The notes beneath the pieces were generated by a model. It made no database searches. It saw nothing but the letters and a program-made list of their open reading frames with translations, and was not told where the DNA came from. Made by a program: the position numbers and the translations under genes. A DNA stretch of 64,000 nt from Schmidtea polychroa (lineage: Eukaryota): the NCBI GenBank assembly GCA_044892525.1, contig CM097885.1, positions 23,996,001 to 24,060,000 on the forward strand. Direction: 5' to 3'. Shown here one piece after another: positions 46,910-62,330 of the stretch; within the stretch, counting starts at the first letter, position 1; the number at the start of each line of letters is the position of its first letter.

Positions 46910-48485
46910 TGTTCTAATTTATAGCTCAGTGAGATACATCTTATATTTTAGAAAACTGAAAAGTGGAAGGAAAATTAAAAACTGCACACAAACGCAACAC
47001 ATACTAAAAAGCACATACAAATTTTTGATTCGTATAAATGTAACGATGAGATACGTTTCTATAATAAACTTTATTTTTGACAATTTTTAGAAAAAAAAAG
47101 ATCGTTGAAAATTTTTAAAATTATATTTTTAATGAAAATATTAAGAGCAGATGAATTTGGTTCAATATCATTTCAATCCAGATTTGATTTCCTGAAAGAA
47201 GCTCCTCATATTGAGCTCAGAAAAAAAATTACAAAAATTATTTTAATCATCGATTTTCCCCAAAATGTTTTAAAAAAATAAATATTTTAGGTGATTGATT
47301 TATTTATTTCATTAACTATAATTAAAAATATATCGGACTCACATTTTTTTGAAATAATTCTAAAATAAATAGAGCTAAATATCATAAAATTCCTAGAAAC
47401 CCTGAAAATTAATTAAAATAATATATAATTATACTGTTGATTAAAAGTAATATTTAAGAACTTGAATAATGATCTCATATCTCATATGGATCAGAATTCA
47501 AGTCTTAAAATTTACTTTAAATAAAAAAAATTACTTGAAAGCCATTTGTAAAATGGCTAAAATAAATTTCCAAAATATATAAATGAGACATGATAAATTG
47601 ACAAAGATGATTTACAATTACAACCAATTACAATTGGTAAATAAATTGGTGAGTGAATTTACACGCCAACCACCACTATAGAGAACGTATCTCAGTGGTG
47701 TTTGGTGTATATGTGCTGTATTTGTGTGTTAATTTTATTTTTCTACCACTTTCTCACCTTCTATATAAATGATTTTATTCATTAAAACATTAAAATTTAA
47801 AGCGCAGGTAAGTTTGTGTGTTTCCATAATACAGTCAGTCTATTGAATTTCTTTGTATAATATAACTTCTTATATATTGAAAGTAAATAAAAGAAAGAAT
47901 TTTAAATTTATTATGACAAAGTTTGAATAATTGCAAGCTGTTGAGAAATGAAATTTTTTATGAAATAATTTTGTAAGATAATTTTAAATAGAAAGTTTTA
48001 TGAAATAATTTTCAAAGGCAAAATTTAATACAAATTTTTATTAAATTAATTTCAAAGATCGATTTCAATTAATTTCTTCTACTAAAAATATTAGTAAACA
48101 AGGGTTATATTTGGTAAATAAGTAAATGAAGGGCTAAATTTTAAAAACTAGTAATAAACTTTGAAAGATAATGAGAATAATTTAATTTTAAGTAAATTAA
48201 GAGTCTAAAAATTGATCAAATTAAATTATGGGCTTTTATTTTTAAAAAAAAGTAATCATTGTTCAAAGATTTTAAAAATTTAAGTAATATTTTTAAATTA
48301 AGTAAAATAAATAAAAATTTTAAATTAAAGTAAATTTTTAAATAAGTTAATTAAAGTAATAATTTTAATTTTATAATCCAAAAGTTTGAATGATAGGCAG
48401 CTTTTGAGAAATGAAAATCTTTAATGAAAGTTTTTATGAAATAATTTTTAAAGAAAATTTAGATGCAAATTTCGCAAATAATAAT

Positions 48486-48524
<39 letters not shown>

Positions 48525-51500
48525 TCAATCAAATACTTAACAACTAAAGACTTTATTAACAACACATAAAAAATAACTATAATAATAAATAAAAATTAAC
48601 AAGACAGTGATAAAGATACAAAATTTATTCATCATTATATATTTGCTTATAATAAGCTTTTCTTAATTCAGGAAGAAGAATATTTCTTAAATTCTTGTCA
48701 AAATCTAAAATTCAACCAGATACCTACAACCAAAATACTAACAAATATGTACTATCTAGGTATTATTTACATTCAGATAATAAATACCAACTATCAGCTG
48801 CTAAGGATTTTTAACTAGGTACTAACAAATAAGTACCAAATACTTACAACTAAGAACTTACAACCAGATAGCTGCTACCATGTATTAACAACCAACAAAC
48901 AACTAGCTACTAACAGATTAGTTTCAAAGATTATTTACTAACAATCAACAACAACCAACTAACTAGGTACCAGATACCAAATACTAAGTAACTCTCAAAC
49001 AACCAGATACTAAAGACTTACAACCAGGTATTTACAATCAACTAAATATTCTTCATTGTATTTTATCAAATGCTTTTTAAATAAATTAACCTTTTATATG
49101 TATTAAATTCAAAAATATATTTAATTACAATCAGTAGAAAAACATTTTCTGTCTAAGTCTAAATTTAACAAAAATATTGATTTTCGTCAAAAATGAATAA
49201 TTATCAACTCAAACACTTTAAAACACCACGTGAAATTGAAAATAATTCAAATATTTTAAAATAACAACGAAAGACTATAGAATTCTAATTTTTATTCACA
49301 AAAGATCTGCTCAACTTTTAATTGATTACTAATATTCGTACTGCCTTAAAACATTTATTAATGAAATGTAATAAGATTATATTAATTGAAAATAGTCAAT
49401 TATTTGCAATTTGTCATTAATCAGTTGTTGAAATCTAATTTTATGTTAACATGAAGAAAAAATCTTTGCCTATTTCACAAAGTAATTATAGCCTCTTGAC
49501 ATGAGTAAACTTTCTAATTAGGAATTCATTAACAAGTCATCTATATAGGGAAGAAGGCTTTCTACATTCATTCAATAACAGACAAATGTGAAATATAAAC
49601 AGTAATATTAAATATAATAATGAATATTGGAACTCCATGTCGATTCCAATGCTGACACTTTACCAAAGACAATGACTTATCGATGACTCATCGTTTAAAT
49701 GTGGGTACTGTTTTATTTTTTTGCACATCCCCCTTTCTGTATGACTCATCGATGACTTATCCTTTTTAGAACAAAGACAATGCATCATTTATTTTTAGAA
49801 CAAAGACTCGTCAAACGATTCATCATCTATTTTTTAGAACAGACTCATAAAACAGGACTCCACTAGAACAAAGATCTTATTACTATTATTATTATTATTA
49901 TTAATATTATTGTTATTATTACTATTATTATTATTATTTTCAAAATATTATTTAAAACAATAAAGTGATAATTTAAACCTTTAGCTGTAAATAATGTATT
50001 TAATGAAAAAACATTTTCGACTATAAGATAGTCTTTGTCAATCTCCTGGAACTTTGCAATCTTCTTCCCGAAAATACATTTCTTTCTTTCTTTTATTTCC
50101 TTTTTCTTAATTCTCATTGAGAATTAATTTTTATTGAGACCAATTACTGAGTTATTCTAAAATATATTTAAAATTATCTAGAAATATATTTAAAAATTAT
50201 CTAACAATATATTTAAAATTATCTAACAATATAAATTTTTTCAATGACATTTTTACATGAAAATTATGGTCTAAAATTTTCAATTAAGTAAATTAAGGTC
50301 TAAAATTTTCAATTTGGAAATTAATGGCTAAATTTTAAATTAAAGTAAATTTAAAAAAGTCTATATTTTTTAACTTAAATAAAGTAAGGATAGATAAGCA
50401 AATTAAGGTCTTATATTTTCAATTAAATTAAATTAAGGGTCTAAATTTTTATATTGAATTAATCAAGGATCAAAAATTAAACTAAAGTAAATTAATGATA
50501 AATAGGTAAATTGTGGTCGAAAATTTTAAATTAAGTTCCAAATTTTTAAACTTAAGTAAATTAAGGGTTCAAATTAGTAATTTAAGGACCAAATTTTAAA
50601 ATTAAGTAAATTAAAATAAATAGGTGAATTAAGGTTAAGTTTTAAATAAAAGTAATTTAGTTCAAAATTTTAAATTAAAGTAAATTAATGTAAAATTTTA
50701 AATTAAATTAATAATTTATTGTCAGATATTTTGAATAACTATCATCTGATAAGAAATGAAAATTTAAAATGAAAACTTTTATAAAATATTTTTCTATGAC
50801 AATTTTATATAAATATTTTTATGAATAAATTTTAGATGGAAATTATGTAAATTAAGGGATACATTTTTCAATTAAAGTAATCAATGGTCTATATTTTAAA
50901 CTTCTATATTTGGTAAACAAGGGCTAAATTAAGTAAATAAAGGGGTAAATTAAAGTAAATTAATGATAAATAGGTAAATTAAGGTTTAAAATTTTATACT
51001 TGAGTAATCAATGGTCTAGAATTTAATTAAAATTAAAATTTTTAATTTATAGTAATACTTTTAAATTAAGTAAATTAAAGTAAAAATTTTAAAATTACAG
51101 TAATAATTTATTGTCAGATATTTTAAAAAACTATCAACGATGAGAATTGACAATTTCAGATGCAAATCTTTTTGAAATAATTTTCAATGATAAATTTAAA
51201 TAGATTTTTTATGAAATAATAATAAGAGATATATTTAAAAAAAGTAATTAAATGCTAAAATTTAAAATTAAGAAAATTAAAGGATGCAATTTTAAATTAA
51301 GTAATAAATTTTGAAAGATGATGAGAATTAGTAGTAATAATTAAAGAAAATTATGACTAAGTTAATTAGATTTAAAGAACACTACAGTGTTAATTCTAAC
51401 CATTTTACAATAATATTTTTTATCAAAGTTCATATCTTGATTTAGTTAATTTTAATTGAATGTAATGACAAATTCCAGCGTGTTGTCTTCAATTTTAATG

Positions 51501-51796
51501 AATTATTTTGAAAGATTATTTAGATAAATTTTGGTGTCTATTCATTAGTAATTTTTTTAGAGTTGATGGTTTTTGAGAATTTTTATCATTTTCGTGAATT
51601 TCATGTGGATTGAATGAATATTTAAAAATTTAAAGTTAGTTCTAAGATAAATTTAATTAATTTCTTGATAATTGGATGCATTTTTATTGATTGATTTTTA
51701 ATTTTAAATAAAAATTATTTTTAATGACAGTTAAGTTAATTATCAAGTGATAGGATATGACTTTGTAATGTAATTGAATTTGACTAAGTAGTTTTT
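46910..51796. repeat. Block A, copy 5 (no Tc1 insertion)
   Basis: Continues directly into block B through the empty Tc1 site. Confidence 0.95.
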
Positions 51797-52288
51797 TGTA
51801 TATTTTCTAAGAATTTCATGTTGATTGATTAAATATTTAAAGTTTTAATGGTGATTTTAATTGAATTTCTTGATAATTTGCTAAATTTTAAAAAAAAATT
51901 AATTTTTTTAATGACTGTTAGGTTAATAATCAAGTAATAGGTTTAATTTTAGATGACTTTGTATTGCACTTGACTCAATAATCTTTTCAATACTTTTCTA
52001 AGAATATTTTCATTTACACATTGATGAACTTTTAAAAATACATAAGCTAAGAAACCAGTTAACTTTATCAAGGACTTCAAATTTACTTGAAAATTATTGT
52101 AAGATATACTGAAATTTGTGATTTAGTTTGCTATTATGATCAATCAATATATATCATCTCTAAGGTAGGTATTTGATGGGTGAAATATTTGTAGGAAATA
52201 ATGAGTATATTATGTCTTTGTTATATAAATCGACTTTAGCGTCAAAATGGATTTTTAAAATAAATTTAAATTTTAAAATACCGCAACG

Positions 52289-52335
<47 letters not shown>

Positions 52336-52997
52336 TCCTACCTTTCCTTGATTTTGATTGGTTAGAATTTGTTCCTGTTTATTATCTTCAGTCTATAAAC
52401 AATAATCTATCATTAGTCACATTTTACAAATATTTAACTTTAAAAATGAATTCTCTAATAGAAAACGTTATGAATGTCCGAGAAAAAAATTCAGAAATTT
52501 GGTAAATTTTAATTTATTGATTAATTAAATAATTTATTTAGTTACATAATATTAATGAAGACAATTTGAAATCGAAGATTAAAGGAAATTTGAAAAGAAA
52601 AAGTAGACATAATTTTTAATTTATTGATTTAATTAATTGATAATTTAGGTAATACGAATGAAGAGAAAAATTATGTCAATAAATCGAAATAAAAATTTAC
52701 AATGTAAGTATTGATTCCTTTTTATAATTTAAAGGAAATTTAATATAATTTTTTATTTAAGTAAATGTTAATAATTTTAATTTAGTAAATTTTTATTTTT
52801 TAGTAAATAAAATTTTGAAAATATTCATTGTAATAAATAATAATGATTTGCAAATTTTTGCGTAAACATTTATTAAAATATATCATTTAAATTATAATAT
52901 TTTTTTATTAAATTTTTATTTTATAGGTATACTTTACCCGAATTGAAATATCTTTTATTAAATAAAATTCATGGAATTATTTAGTGATTTAAAAACG

Positions 52998-53168
52998 GAT
53001 GAGAATCCTAATATGGTGGCAGCGGTAAACACCGACGCGATTACCGAAAGATTATTGCCAAAAGTGTTCTATCAAGGTGATGACTTGGAAAAATTCATCA
53101 GAAGATCCGAGATCTATTTCGATGCTAAAGGCATCAATAAAAAAGAACAAGAAAGATTGACCGTATGA
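52998..53168 (+). pseudogene. Diverged gag N-terminal paralogue with PBS
   Basis: TGGTGGCAGCGGT 53014-26; many synonymous differences from the 53395 copy. Confidence 0.6.
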
Positions 53169-53394
53169 GTAAGTTTTATGATCAAGAAATTTTTAAATTG
53201 AAAATTTTAAAAATTAATTTTTAGATTAATTTTTAAAAAAATAATAAAAAGATATTTTAATTAAAAATATCTTCGTAGAAAATTTGTTAAAATAAGAAAG
53301 TTTAAAGAAGAGATAATTGGATTCTGATATTTACTGAAATAAAATTTATGGAAAAAAAACTGATTTTAATGTTTTACAGGATGAACATCCTAAT

Positions 53395-53991
53395 ATGGTG
53401 GCAGCGGTAAACACTGACGCAATCACCGAAAGATTGCTACCAAAGGTATTCTGCCAAGGTGACGACTTGGAAAAGTTCATTAAGAGATGCGAAATTTATT
53501 TCGACGCCAAGGGAATCACGCAGAAGAAAGATCAGGAAAGATTAACATCTTGCATGATTGATGAGGATCTCCTGGAAGTGTATGCCAAAACACTGAAAAA
53601 AGCCGAAGGATTCCAGGCTAGGTTGCGATTGGCATTCGATCGCGAAAGAGATGTTTTAAAGGATCTACAAAACTTGTTGAATTACAAGCGGATAGGTGAA
53701 GAAATAGAAACGTATTTTAAAATGGTGGAGGACCTTGTTGATAGGTTGTTTGAAAATAAAGAATTTACCAAAGAGAAATTAACAGCAAGGATGTTAATAG
53801 TATGTGCGGAGAATAAAGAAGTTGAGAAAGAAGTGATACTACGGAAAATAAAAAGCACAGAAGAAATAAAGGAAACACTAATTCTGATGGACAAAGTAGA
53901 CCAGCAAAGAGATCAGATAAACAGTATGAAAAATTACGCCAGAGTGGTCTATAAAATTAGGAAAAAATATGGAAAGTTTATTGAATTATAA
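53395..53991 (+). pseudogene. Longest Gypsy gag-like ORF (198 aa, C-terminally truncated)
   Basis: PBS overlaps the ATG; helical capsid-like sequence; no zinc knuckle or pol downstream. Confidence 0.65.
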
Positions 53992-54398
53992 AAGAAGAGG
54001 CGAAGAGATTGAAATATATTTTTAAAAAGTGGAGGACCTTGTTGACAGGTTGTTTGAGAATAAAGAATTCACCAAAGAGAAAATAACAGCAAAGATGTTG
54101 ATAGTATGTGCTGAGAATAAATAAGTTGAGAAAGAAGTAATATTGCGGAATAATATCGCAATATTAGACAATTAACCGAAAATTATGTATAAAAACATTC
54201 ACATTTGGATATTATACTAATATATTATTTTTATATTATATTATTTTTTTATAAAGTTTCTATAATTAGCTTAGCAAATATTTAGCTAGAATCAACGAAA
54301 TCAAGAAACCTTATTTGAATAACCATCCAAAAGAATTGATTTAATAGGTACAAAGACAATCTTTCATGACAGCAGAAGCACATTATTCCCTGTGATTA

Positions 54399-55359
54399 GA
54401 CAAAAGGATCAAACAATGAAACACTGGATAGAAACATTACATTGAACAAAAAATCGGTAACCGACCTCACAAATTGTCTATCTGAAGGTGCAAAAGGATT
54501 ACTTTCACTAGGACCAAAGTTCAGTATAAACAGAAAAATAGATGAAGCAGCCATCCTCAATTTCAAAACAGCTTTTTGTCGCATTGCGTACCAGATCAAA
54601 TGGAACAATACAATACCTCATGAAAATGAAAATAGCGAAGAAAAGCTCCCAGTATACATAAACGCAGATAAACTCTATCAACTAAATCCTGATGCAGAAT
54701 TAGATTCAACACTCTCAAAGGTCTGTCACAAAATTATGGAGATAGTTGAGAAGGAAAAAAGAAAACCATAACTCTCAAACCTATCGAAAGATGAACAAGC
54801 AATATTAAAATCCCTCGAAAAGAAACCATACGTTTACTTACCAAGTGACAAGGGGGAGAATTTTGCATTATAGAGAAGAATCGGTACTTTGAAGCTGGTT
54901 ACGAACACCTCGGCAATATCGAAACATACAAGAAAGTCAGCCGCATGTCACCAAACAATATCGAAATGAAGATCAACAAAGTATGGAAAGCCATAGCTTT
55001 GGAAATGAAGCTCAACAACAGAATAACCAACAGCTTCGTCACAAAAAATTCTGATCTTCCAAACTTCTACCACCTAATTAAAACTCACAAAGAGGATTCC
55101 GTTATCAAAAATAGGCCTATAGTGTTCAACAAAAATGGACCAACAACTAAAACAAGTTGGCTCCTTGCAAAGATCTTGAAACCTTTATTGGACCACACCA
55201 TCTTTAAAGCAGCGACTGCCTCATGACAAGATTAAATAATAACAAAACTTCTCATAGAGAATTCAAATACCCATTCAGTCTTGATGTCTTATCACTATAC
55301 ACATCTATCGAACCAAAAGAGGCTATTCAATGTTTAAAAAAGAAATTAAGAGAAAGAGC
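54399..55359 (+). pseudogene. Penelope-like RT fragment, copy 3
   Basis: Matches 12960-13920. Confidence 0.85.
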
Positions 55360-56206
55360 AATTTCGATTGATTTAGTTTGAATTTTAATTCTACCTGAAG
55401 ACCACAGTGATTTTGTCGAAATATATTGTAGTAAAATATATATATATTAGATTTAGTGCTTTTCGTTATATCTAAATCAATGCCATTAAATAGTGATTGT
55501 TATAATAAATTTGAAAGTGACACTTTGTTTTTTTTCTATTACTCAATAGAAGCTCTTTGGAATTGATGAAGAGATGTAGAATGTTAATGAAAGAATAACT
55601 ATCAATGATTAAATTGGATATATGTGATAAAAATTATGAATTTAGTCTATTTCTGTTCTTGCTTAGAAGATGTTCAGATGTTGATTTTGAATTTCAATTC
55701 TTCCTGAAGATCACAGTGATTCTGTCGAAATATATTGTAGTAAAAAATACATAAATACAAGGAGCCCAAAAATTATTTGACGATTATAGAAGAGTTAGTT
55801 GATAAAATATTGGAACATGAATTAAACAAGGAAATATTAATAAATACTTGGAATTGTGACCTTATCTTTTGAATCTGATTAAAAACGATAATTTACAAGA
55901 TGTTCTAGGAAATTCGAAAACGGTGACCAAATATATGATTTCTTTATAAAGAAGCTATTTCAGAACGATTACCATAAAGGATATGGTGTAGAGATATTCA
56001 TTATAGAATGTGTTAATTATGAGGAAGAGAAAAGATTCTCAATGTTTTATCCAAAAATATTTTAAAAAAAGATTGAAATTAGTTTAAATAAAAAACTAAA
56101 GAAAAGATAAGTTTCTAGTGCTTAATTTATAAAATGAAATTTATGGAGTTATCTAATAATTTGCAAACCAATATTAATGTTTTAACGAATGAGAATCCTT
56201 ATATAG

Positions 56207-58175
56207 CAACGGTGGGCAAATGCGGCTCTTCGTTGAGTAAACTGCGACTCATTGATAATTGAATTCTTGATAATCGAATTCGATTTTTTATTTTGAAATT
56301 TTTTACTAAATGTTTTGAGAAAAAATTTTTTATTGCAATTGTATTTTCATAAATGTCAAAAAATAACGAAACATTGTTTTTCACATTTTACTGCTTTTTA
56401 AAATTATTTTGTAGTAGGCGGCGCTTTGTTATAACAACGAGAGAGAAGCATCAAAAATAAATTTAGTGAATTTTGATTGGTTATTATTTTGTTTGTACAA
56501 GATTGCGGTCGTTTGTATATTTTAGTATAGTTTTCTATTCGTGTTTTTTGAAAAATTTGGTAAGAAGAATTTTTTATGAAGCATTTTAAAATTTTAAACT
56601 AATTAAAATTAAATTAATGTCTTTTTATTATTTTGTTTAAATTTCAGCCATATAGTTATTTAAATTTATTATTATAATGACATCAGAAAACATCAAAAAA
56701 CGAAAATACAGACAAGAAAATAGAACTTCTCAAGAAGAATGGACAGAAAAGTTTTTTTTATTGACAATAATGGTAAATCGTTGTGTCTTATTTGTAAAGG
56801 TACAATTTCCAACTACAAAGTAACCAATTTACGTCGACACTATGAAGTAAGTCATCCACACTTATCAATTCTATATCCACTCAATTCAAACTTGCGGACA
56901 GAAAAACTTAAGTCATTGCAATCAGGGCTTCAAGCCCAACAAGGACTATTATCTACTTTTAGTCGAGAAGATGACAGTGCCAACGAAGCTAGATTTTTGA
57001 TAGCTTGGAATATAGCTCGTGCTAAACGTCCATATGGAGAAGGTGAATTTATTCAGAGAAACTTGGAAGAAGTGATTAAAGTTTTGGATCCGGACAACTC
57101 AAAACTACATAAATTGATCTCACGTATTCCTATTTCACGTCGTACAACTGAGCGTCGAATTGGCCAAATTAGCGAAAATGTTGAAAATAATTTGATGTGT
57201 GATTTAAAAAATTGTACAGCATTCAGTTTAGCTCTCGACGAGTCTACTGACATTCAGGATGTTCCACAATTAGCCGTTTTTGTCCGCTTTGTATCTTCTG
57301 ACGTAAAAGTGAAGGAAGAAATGTTAGACCTAGTAGCTCTTCTCGAAACAACTCGCGGTATCGATGTCAAAATTTAGTTTTGAAGCTAAACTTCGGCTTT
57401 TTGTGAACGATCTTAGGTCGAAAATATTTAATCATTTTCCACGAATAAAAGCTAATATAATTGATATTACAGAAGAAAAAGTAAACGAATACAGTGAAAA
57501 ATTGGAAGAATTGCAAGAATTGCAAGCGGATTTCAAATGTAGGTTTGAAGATTTGAAAAGTTATAAATCTACATTTGCATTTTTTGTGAACCCATTTATT
57601 TGTGATATTATTGAAGATGGATTTCCAATTTCTGAAGTAATACTTGTTAAAAAAGCGGTTGGGGAATTGGAGTTATTAGATATGAAAGAGGACCAGGCTT
57701 TGCAAATGCACCATAAATCTACTTCTATAGTTGAATTTTGGAAACTCGTACCAGAGGCAAAATATCCACACTTAAAACAAGCTGCTTGCCGTCTAATTTC
57801 AATTTTTGGTACAACATATTGTTGTGAATCTTTGTACAACACAATGAAGTTCGTAAAGTCGAAATATCGTTCACAGTTGACCTATCAGCATCTTACAGAA
57901 TTGCTGCGAACAGCTTTAACAAAGTATACACCAAATTTCAAAGATTTGACCAAAAGTCTTCGTTAATTCAAGAAATTTTATTACTTTTTATTAATGGATT
58001 TTTATGTTTGTTACTTAATGTTTGAAATAATTATTTTGTTTTTTTTAATAGCGTTTAAGTCTCTTTAATCAATTTAATGAAATAAAAAAAATATGTACTT
58101 TACTATGGTGGCTCTATGGTAAAAAATAAATTTTCGGAAAATGGCTCTTATTGAACCCATGCGTGCCCACCCTTG
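56207..58175 (+). mobile_element. Buster-type hAT, copy 3
   Basis: Same TIRs and TSD; ORF remnants 56739-57377 and 57364-57966. Confidence 0.93.
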
Positions 58176-58378
58176 TTATATAGTGTCAGCAGTTTACACC
58201 GATAAGATCACCAAAAGATTGTTGCCAAAGGTCGTTTGTTAAATTGATGACTCGGAGAAGTTCATTAGAAGATGCGAGATTTATTTCGATGATAAAGGTA
58301 TAAAAAAGAAATAAAATGAACAGAAAAGATTCTCTGCATGCATGATTGACGAGGATCAATTGGAGAAGAAAAAGAAGA

Positions 58379-58816
58379 AGGAATATTTCTATCTTAATAT
58401 CCCATTCATCAGTGACTTACTGGATTTCGAGATCTTTAAAGAACTTAAACGCATCGGTCGTTCGATTCAGATAGCACATAAATCTTGGACATTGAGTAAA
58501 ACTCTGGCAAACAACACAAATAAAGAAAACAATTGCACAATGGAAAACTGCCAGACACCGAAAGATGTGTGCTTTAGAAAAAAACTATGTTTATTGCATC
58601 ACGTGCAATTTATGCAAGGAAATATACATTGTAAGTACACTCAGGACCTTGCACCAAAGAGTTAAAGAACATCTAGATCCTGGTGGGAAATCTTCGGTGA
58701 ACATACATCTCCAACATTGTCAACCAAAAAAAGAAAGAAAAAATATTTCAATCAAAATCGTAGCCAATGGAAACAATCAAAAAAAGTGCTGGAACCTGAC
58801 ATTGTCGTCTGAATGA
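58379..58816 (+). pseudogene. Penelope-like GIY-YIG fragment, copy 3
   Basis: ORF 58565-58816 contains VYCITCNLC..IYIVSTLRTLHQRVKEH. Confidence 0.8.
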
Positions 58817-59058
58817 AAGACTTAATAATCATAAGAGATATTATGAGGAAGTTTTATGATGAAGAAATTTTTAAATATAAAATTTTAAAAATAAAATTTT
58901 AGATTAATTTTTAAAAAAATAATAAAAAGATATTTTAATTAAAAATATCTTCGTAGAAAATTTGTTTAAATAAGAAAGTTTAAAGAAGATATAATTTGAT
59001 ACTGATATTTACTGAAATAAAATTTATGGAAACAAACACTGATTTTAATGTTTTACAG

Positions 59059-59347
59059 GATGAACATCCTAATATGGTGGCAGCGGTAAACACTGACGCA
59101 ATCACCGAAAGATTGCTACCAAAGGTATTCTGCCAAGGTGACGACTTGGAAAAGTTCATTAAAAGATGCGAAATTTATTTCGACGCCAAGGGAATCACGC
59201 AGAAGAAAGATCATGAAAGATTAACATCTTGCATGATTGATGAGGATCTCCTGGAAGTGTACGCCAAAACACTGAAAAAAGCCGAAGGATTCCAGGCTAG
59301 GTTGCGATTGGCATTCGATCGCGAAACAGATGTTTTAAAGGATCTAC
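59059..59347 (+). pseudogene. Gypsy gag fragment
   Basis: Copy of 17620-17908. Confidence 0.65.
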
Positions 59348-60722
59348 TTTGTTTTTGCACATTTTTCTTTAATTAATATCTCAATTACTCCACAATGACC
59401 TTCCTGATAAATATTCGTTATTTCAAACATCAATGGTTATTTTACATCATAACCCGAATAGAATTTCATTAAACTCTGTTACAAAAATATTTTCCTTCCA
59501 TTTCTGGTATTTTCTGTTATATTCTCTTTGTCATTCAATGTAAAACATTCAGAACTGAACTCGAAATCTTTTCTGAATCAAAACATTTATTTGGTTTTTG
59601 GATTAGTTTATATATTATATAATTTAGATAAATTTAAACAAATTAATTATTAACTTAAATGATATTCAAATTTATAATATTTTCCAAAAAAATATATAAA
59701 ATTTATAAAGTTTAAAAATAAATTGTAAAAAAAATTTTATTCTTTTGAAATATTTGGTCGCAAATATCAGAATATGACAAATTTTGTTTTTTTAAAATAT
59801 ATTTTTATACTAAATTCACTTTTTCTTATTTATAATACAACACCAATTATATCTAAATTACTAATAAATTATTTTTTAAACGCTTTATTAAACTTAATAT
59901 TAAATATGTATTTAATAATTTATAGCATAAGCAAAATAAATAATTTTAAATGACTATTAAAATAAAAATAATAATATTTTACAATTTAAAAATTATTATT
60001 TATTTTAAATAATATTTAATTTTATTGATATATATTTTAAATAAATTATCATTTTAAAATTCTTTGACTTAAACGAAGAGTGTTCATTAAAAATATTTTT
60101 TTACAAAGTTTATTTCAATACAAATTTAATAAATTATTTTAAAATCTTTATATATTTCAAATTTTAAAAATATTGAAAAATATATTGTTCGATTTTAAAA
60201 ATTTATATATAATTTTTTTCTGATTTCAGGTGTCTTTAAAAAAATTAACAATTACAACTTTCAACATGTTATATGAAAAATTGTATTTTAAAATACGGAA
60301 ATGTTTAAACATGCTTTACACAAACTTTAATTTAAAGCTTCACAAACTCGTTAAATATTAAATTGTATTCTCAAGTTATAAAAATTTATCTAATTCCCCA
60401 AAATATTAATTTCAAATTTTCATTACAATAACCTATAAACGGCATTCATTGGCTTTCCTAATTTATATTTTAAAATATTTATATTAAATAAAAAAGAAAA
60501 TAAGTCAATTAAATACACATGATTAATCGTTTAAAATTTCTGTTAATATTAAAATTAATAAAAAGCGCAATTGACTGGATTTTATTTAATGTCCATTTAG
60601 TCATTATCAATTGCGCTTTGGTTTACACCAAACACCACTGAGAACCGTTTCCTATAATATAACAAAAAAATCAATAATCTTACATTATAGAAACATACAT
60701 ACTTACTTTGATTTCACGCTGA

Positions 60723-62297
60723 TGTTCTAATTTATAGCTCAGTGAGATACATCTTATATTATAGAAAACTGTAAAGTGGAAGGAAAATTAAAAACTGCAC
60801 ACAAACGCAACACATACTAAAAAGCACATACAAATTTTTGATTCGTATAAATGTAACGATGAGATACGTTTCTATAATAAACTTTATTTTTGACAATTTT
60901 TAGAAAAAAAAGATCGTTGAAAATTTTTAAAATTATATTTTTAATGAAAATATTAAGAGCAGATGAATTTGGTTCAATATCATTTCAATCCAGATTTAAT
61001 TTCCTGAAAGAAGCTCCTCATATTGAGCTCAGAAAAAAAATTACAAAAATTATTTTAATCATCGATTTTCCCCAAAATGTTTTAAAAAAATAAATATTTT
61101 AGGTGATTGATTTATTTATTTCATTAACTATAATTAAAAATATATCGGACTCACATTTTTTTGAAATAATTCTAAAATAAATAGAGCTAAATATCATAAA
61201 ATTCCTAGAAACCCTGAAAATTAATTAAAATAATATATAATTATACTGTTGATTAAAAGTAATATTTAAGAACTTGAATAATGATCTCATATCTCATATG
61301 GATCAGAATTCAAGTCTTAAAATTTACTTTAAATAAAAAAAATTACTTGAAAGCCATTTGTAAAATGGCTAAAATAAATTTCCAAAATATATAAATGAGA
61401 CATGATAAATTGACAAAGATGATTTACAATTACAACCAATTACAATTGGTAAATAAATTGGTGAGTGAATTTACACGCCAACCACCACTATAGAGAACGT
61501 ATCTCAGTGGTGTTTGGTGTATATGTGCTGTATTTGTGTGTTAATTTTATTTTTCTACCACTTTCTCACCTTCTATATAAAAGATTTTATTCATTAAAAC
61601 ATTAAAATTTAAAGCGCAGGTAAGTTTGTGTGTTTCCATAATACAGTCAGTCTATTGAATTTCTTTGTATAATATAACTTCTTATATATTGAAAGTAAAT
61701 AAAAGAAAGAATTTTAAATTTATTATGACAAAGTTTGAATAATTGCAAGCTGTTGAGAAATGAAATTTTTTATGAAATAATTTTGTAAGATAATTTTAAA
61801 TAGAAAGTTTTATGAAATAATTTTCAAAGGCAAAATTTAATACAAATTTTTATTAAATTAATTTCAAAGATCGATTTCAATTAATTTCTTCTACTAAAAA
61901 TATTAGTAAACAAGGGTTATATTTGGTAAATAAGTAAATGAAGGGCTAAATTTTAAAAACTAGTAATAAACTTTGAAAGATAATGAGAATAATTTAATTT
62001 TAAGTAAATTAAGAGTCTAAAAATTGATCAAATTAAATTATGGGCTTTTATTTTTAAAAAAAAGTAATCATTGTTCAAAGATTTTAAAAATTTAAGTAAT
62101 ATTTTTAAATTAAGTAAAATAAATAAAAATTTTAAATTAAAGTAAATTTTTAAATAAGTTAATTAAAGTAATAATTTTAATTTTATAATCAAAAAGTTTG
62201 AATGATAGGCAGCTTTTGAGAAATGAAAATCTTTAATGAAAGTTTTTATGAAATTATTTTTAAAGAAAATTTAGATGCAAATTTCGCAAGTAATAAT

Positions 62298-62330
<33 letters not shown>

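Larger units (their letters stand above)
51797..60722. repeat. Block B, copy 3 (longest, probably ancestral arrangement)
   Basis: Collinear with the other B copies plus extra gag paralogues at ~53000-54012. Confidence 0.95.
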
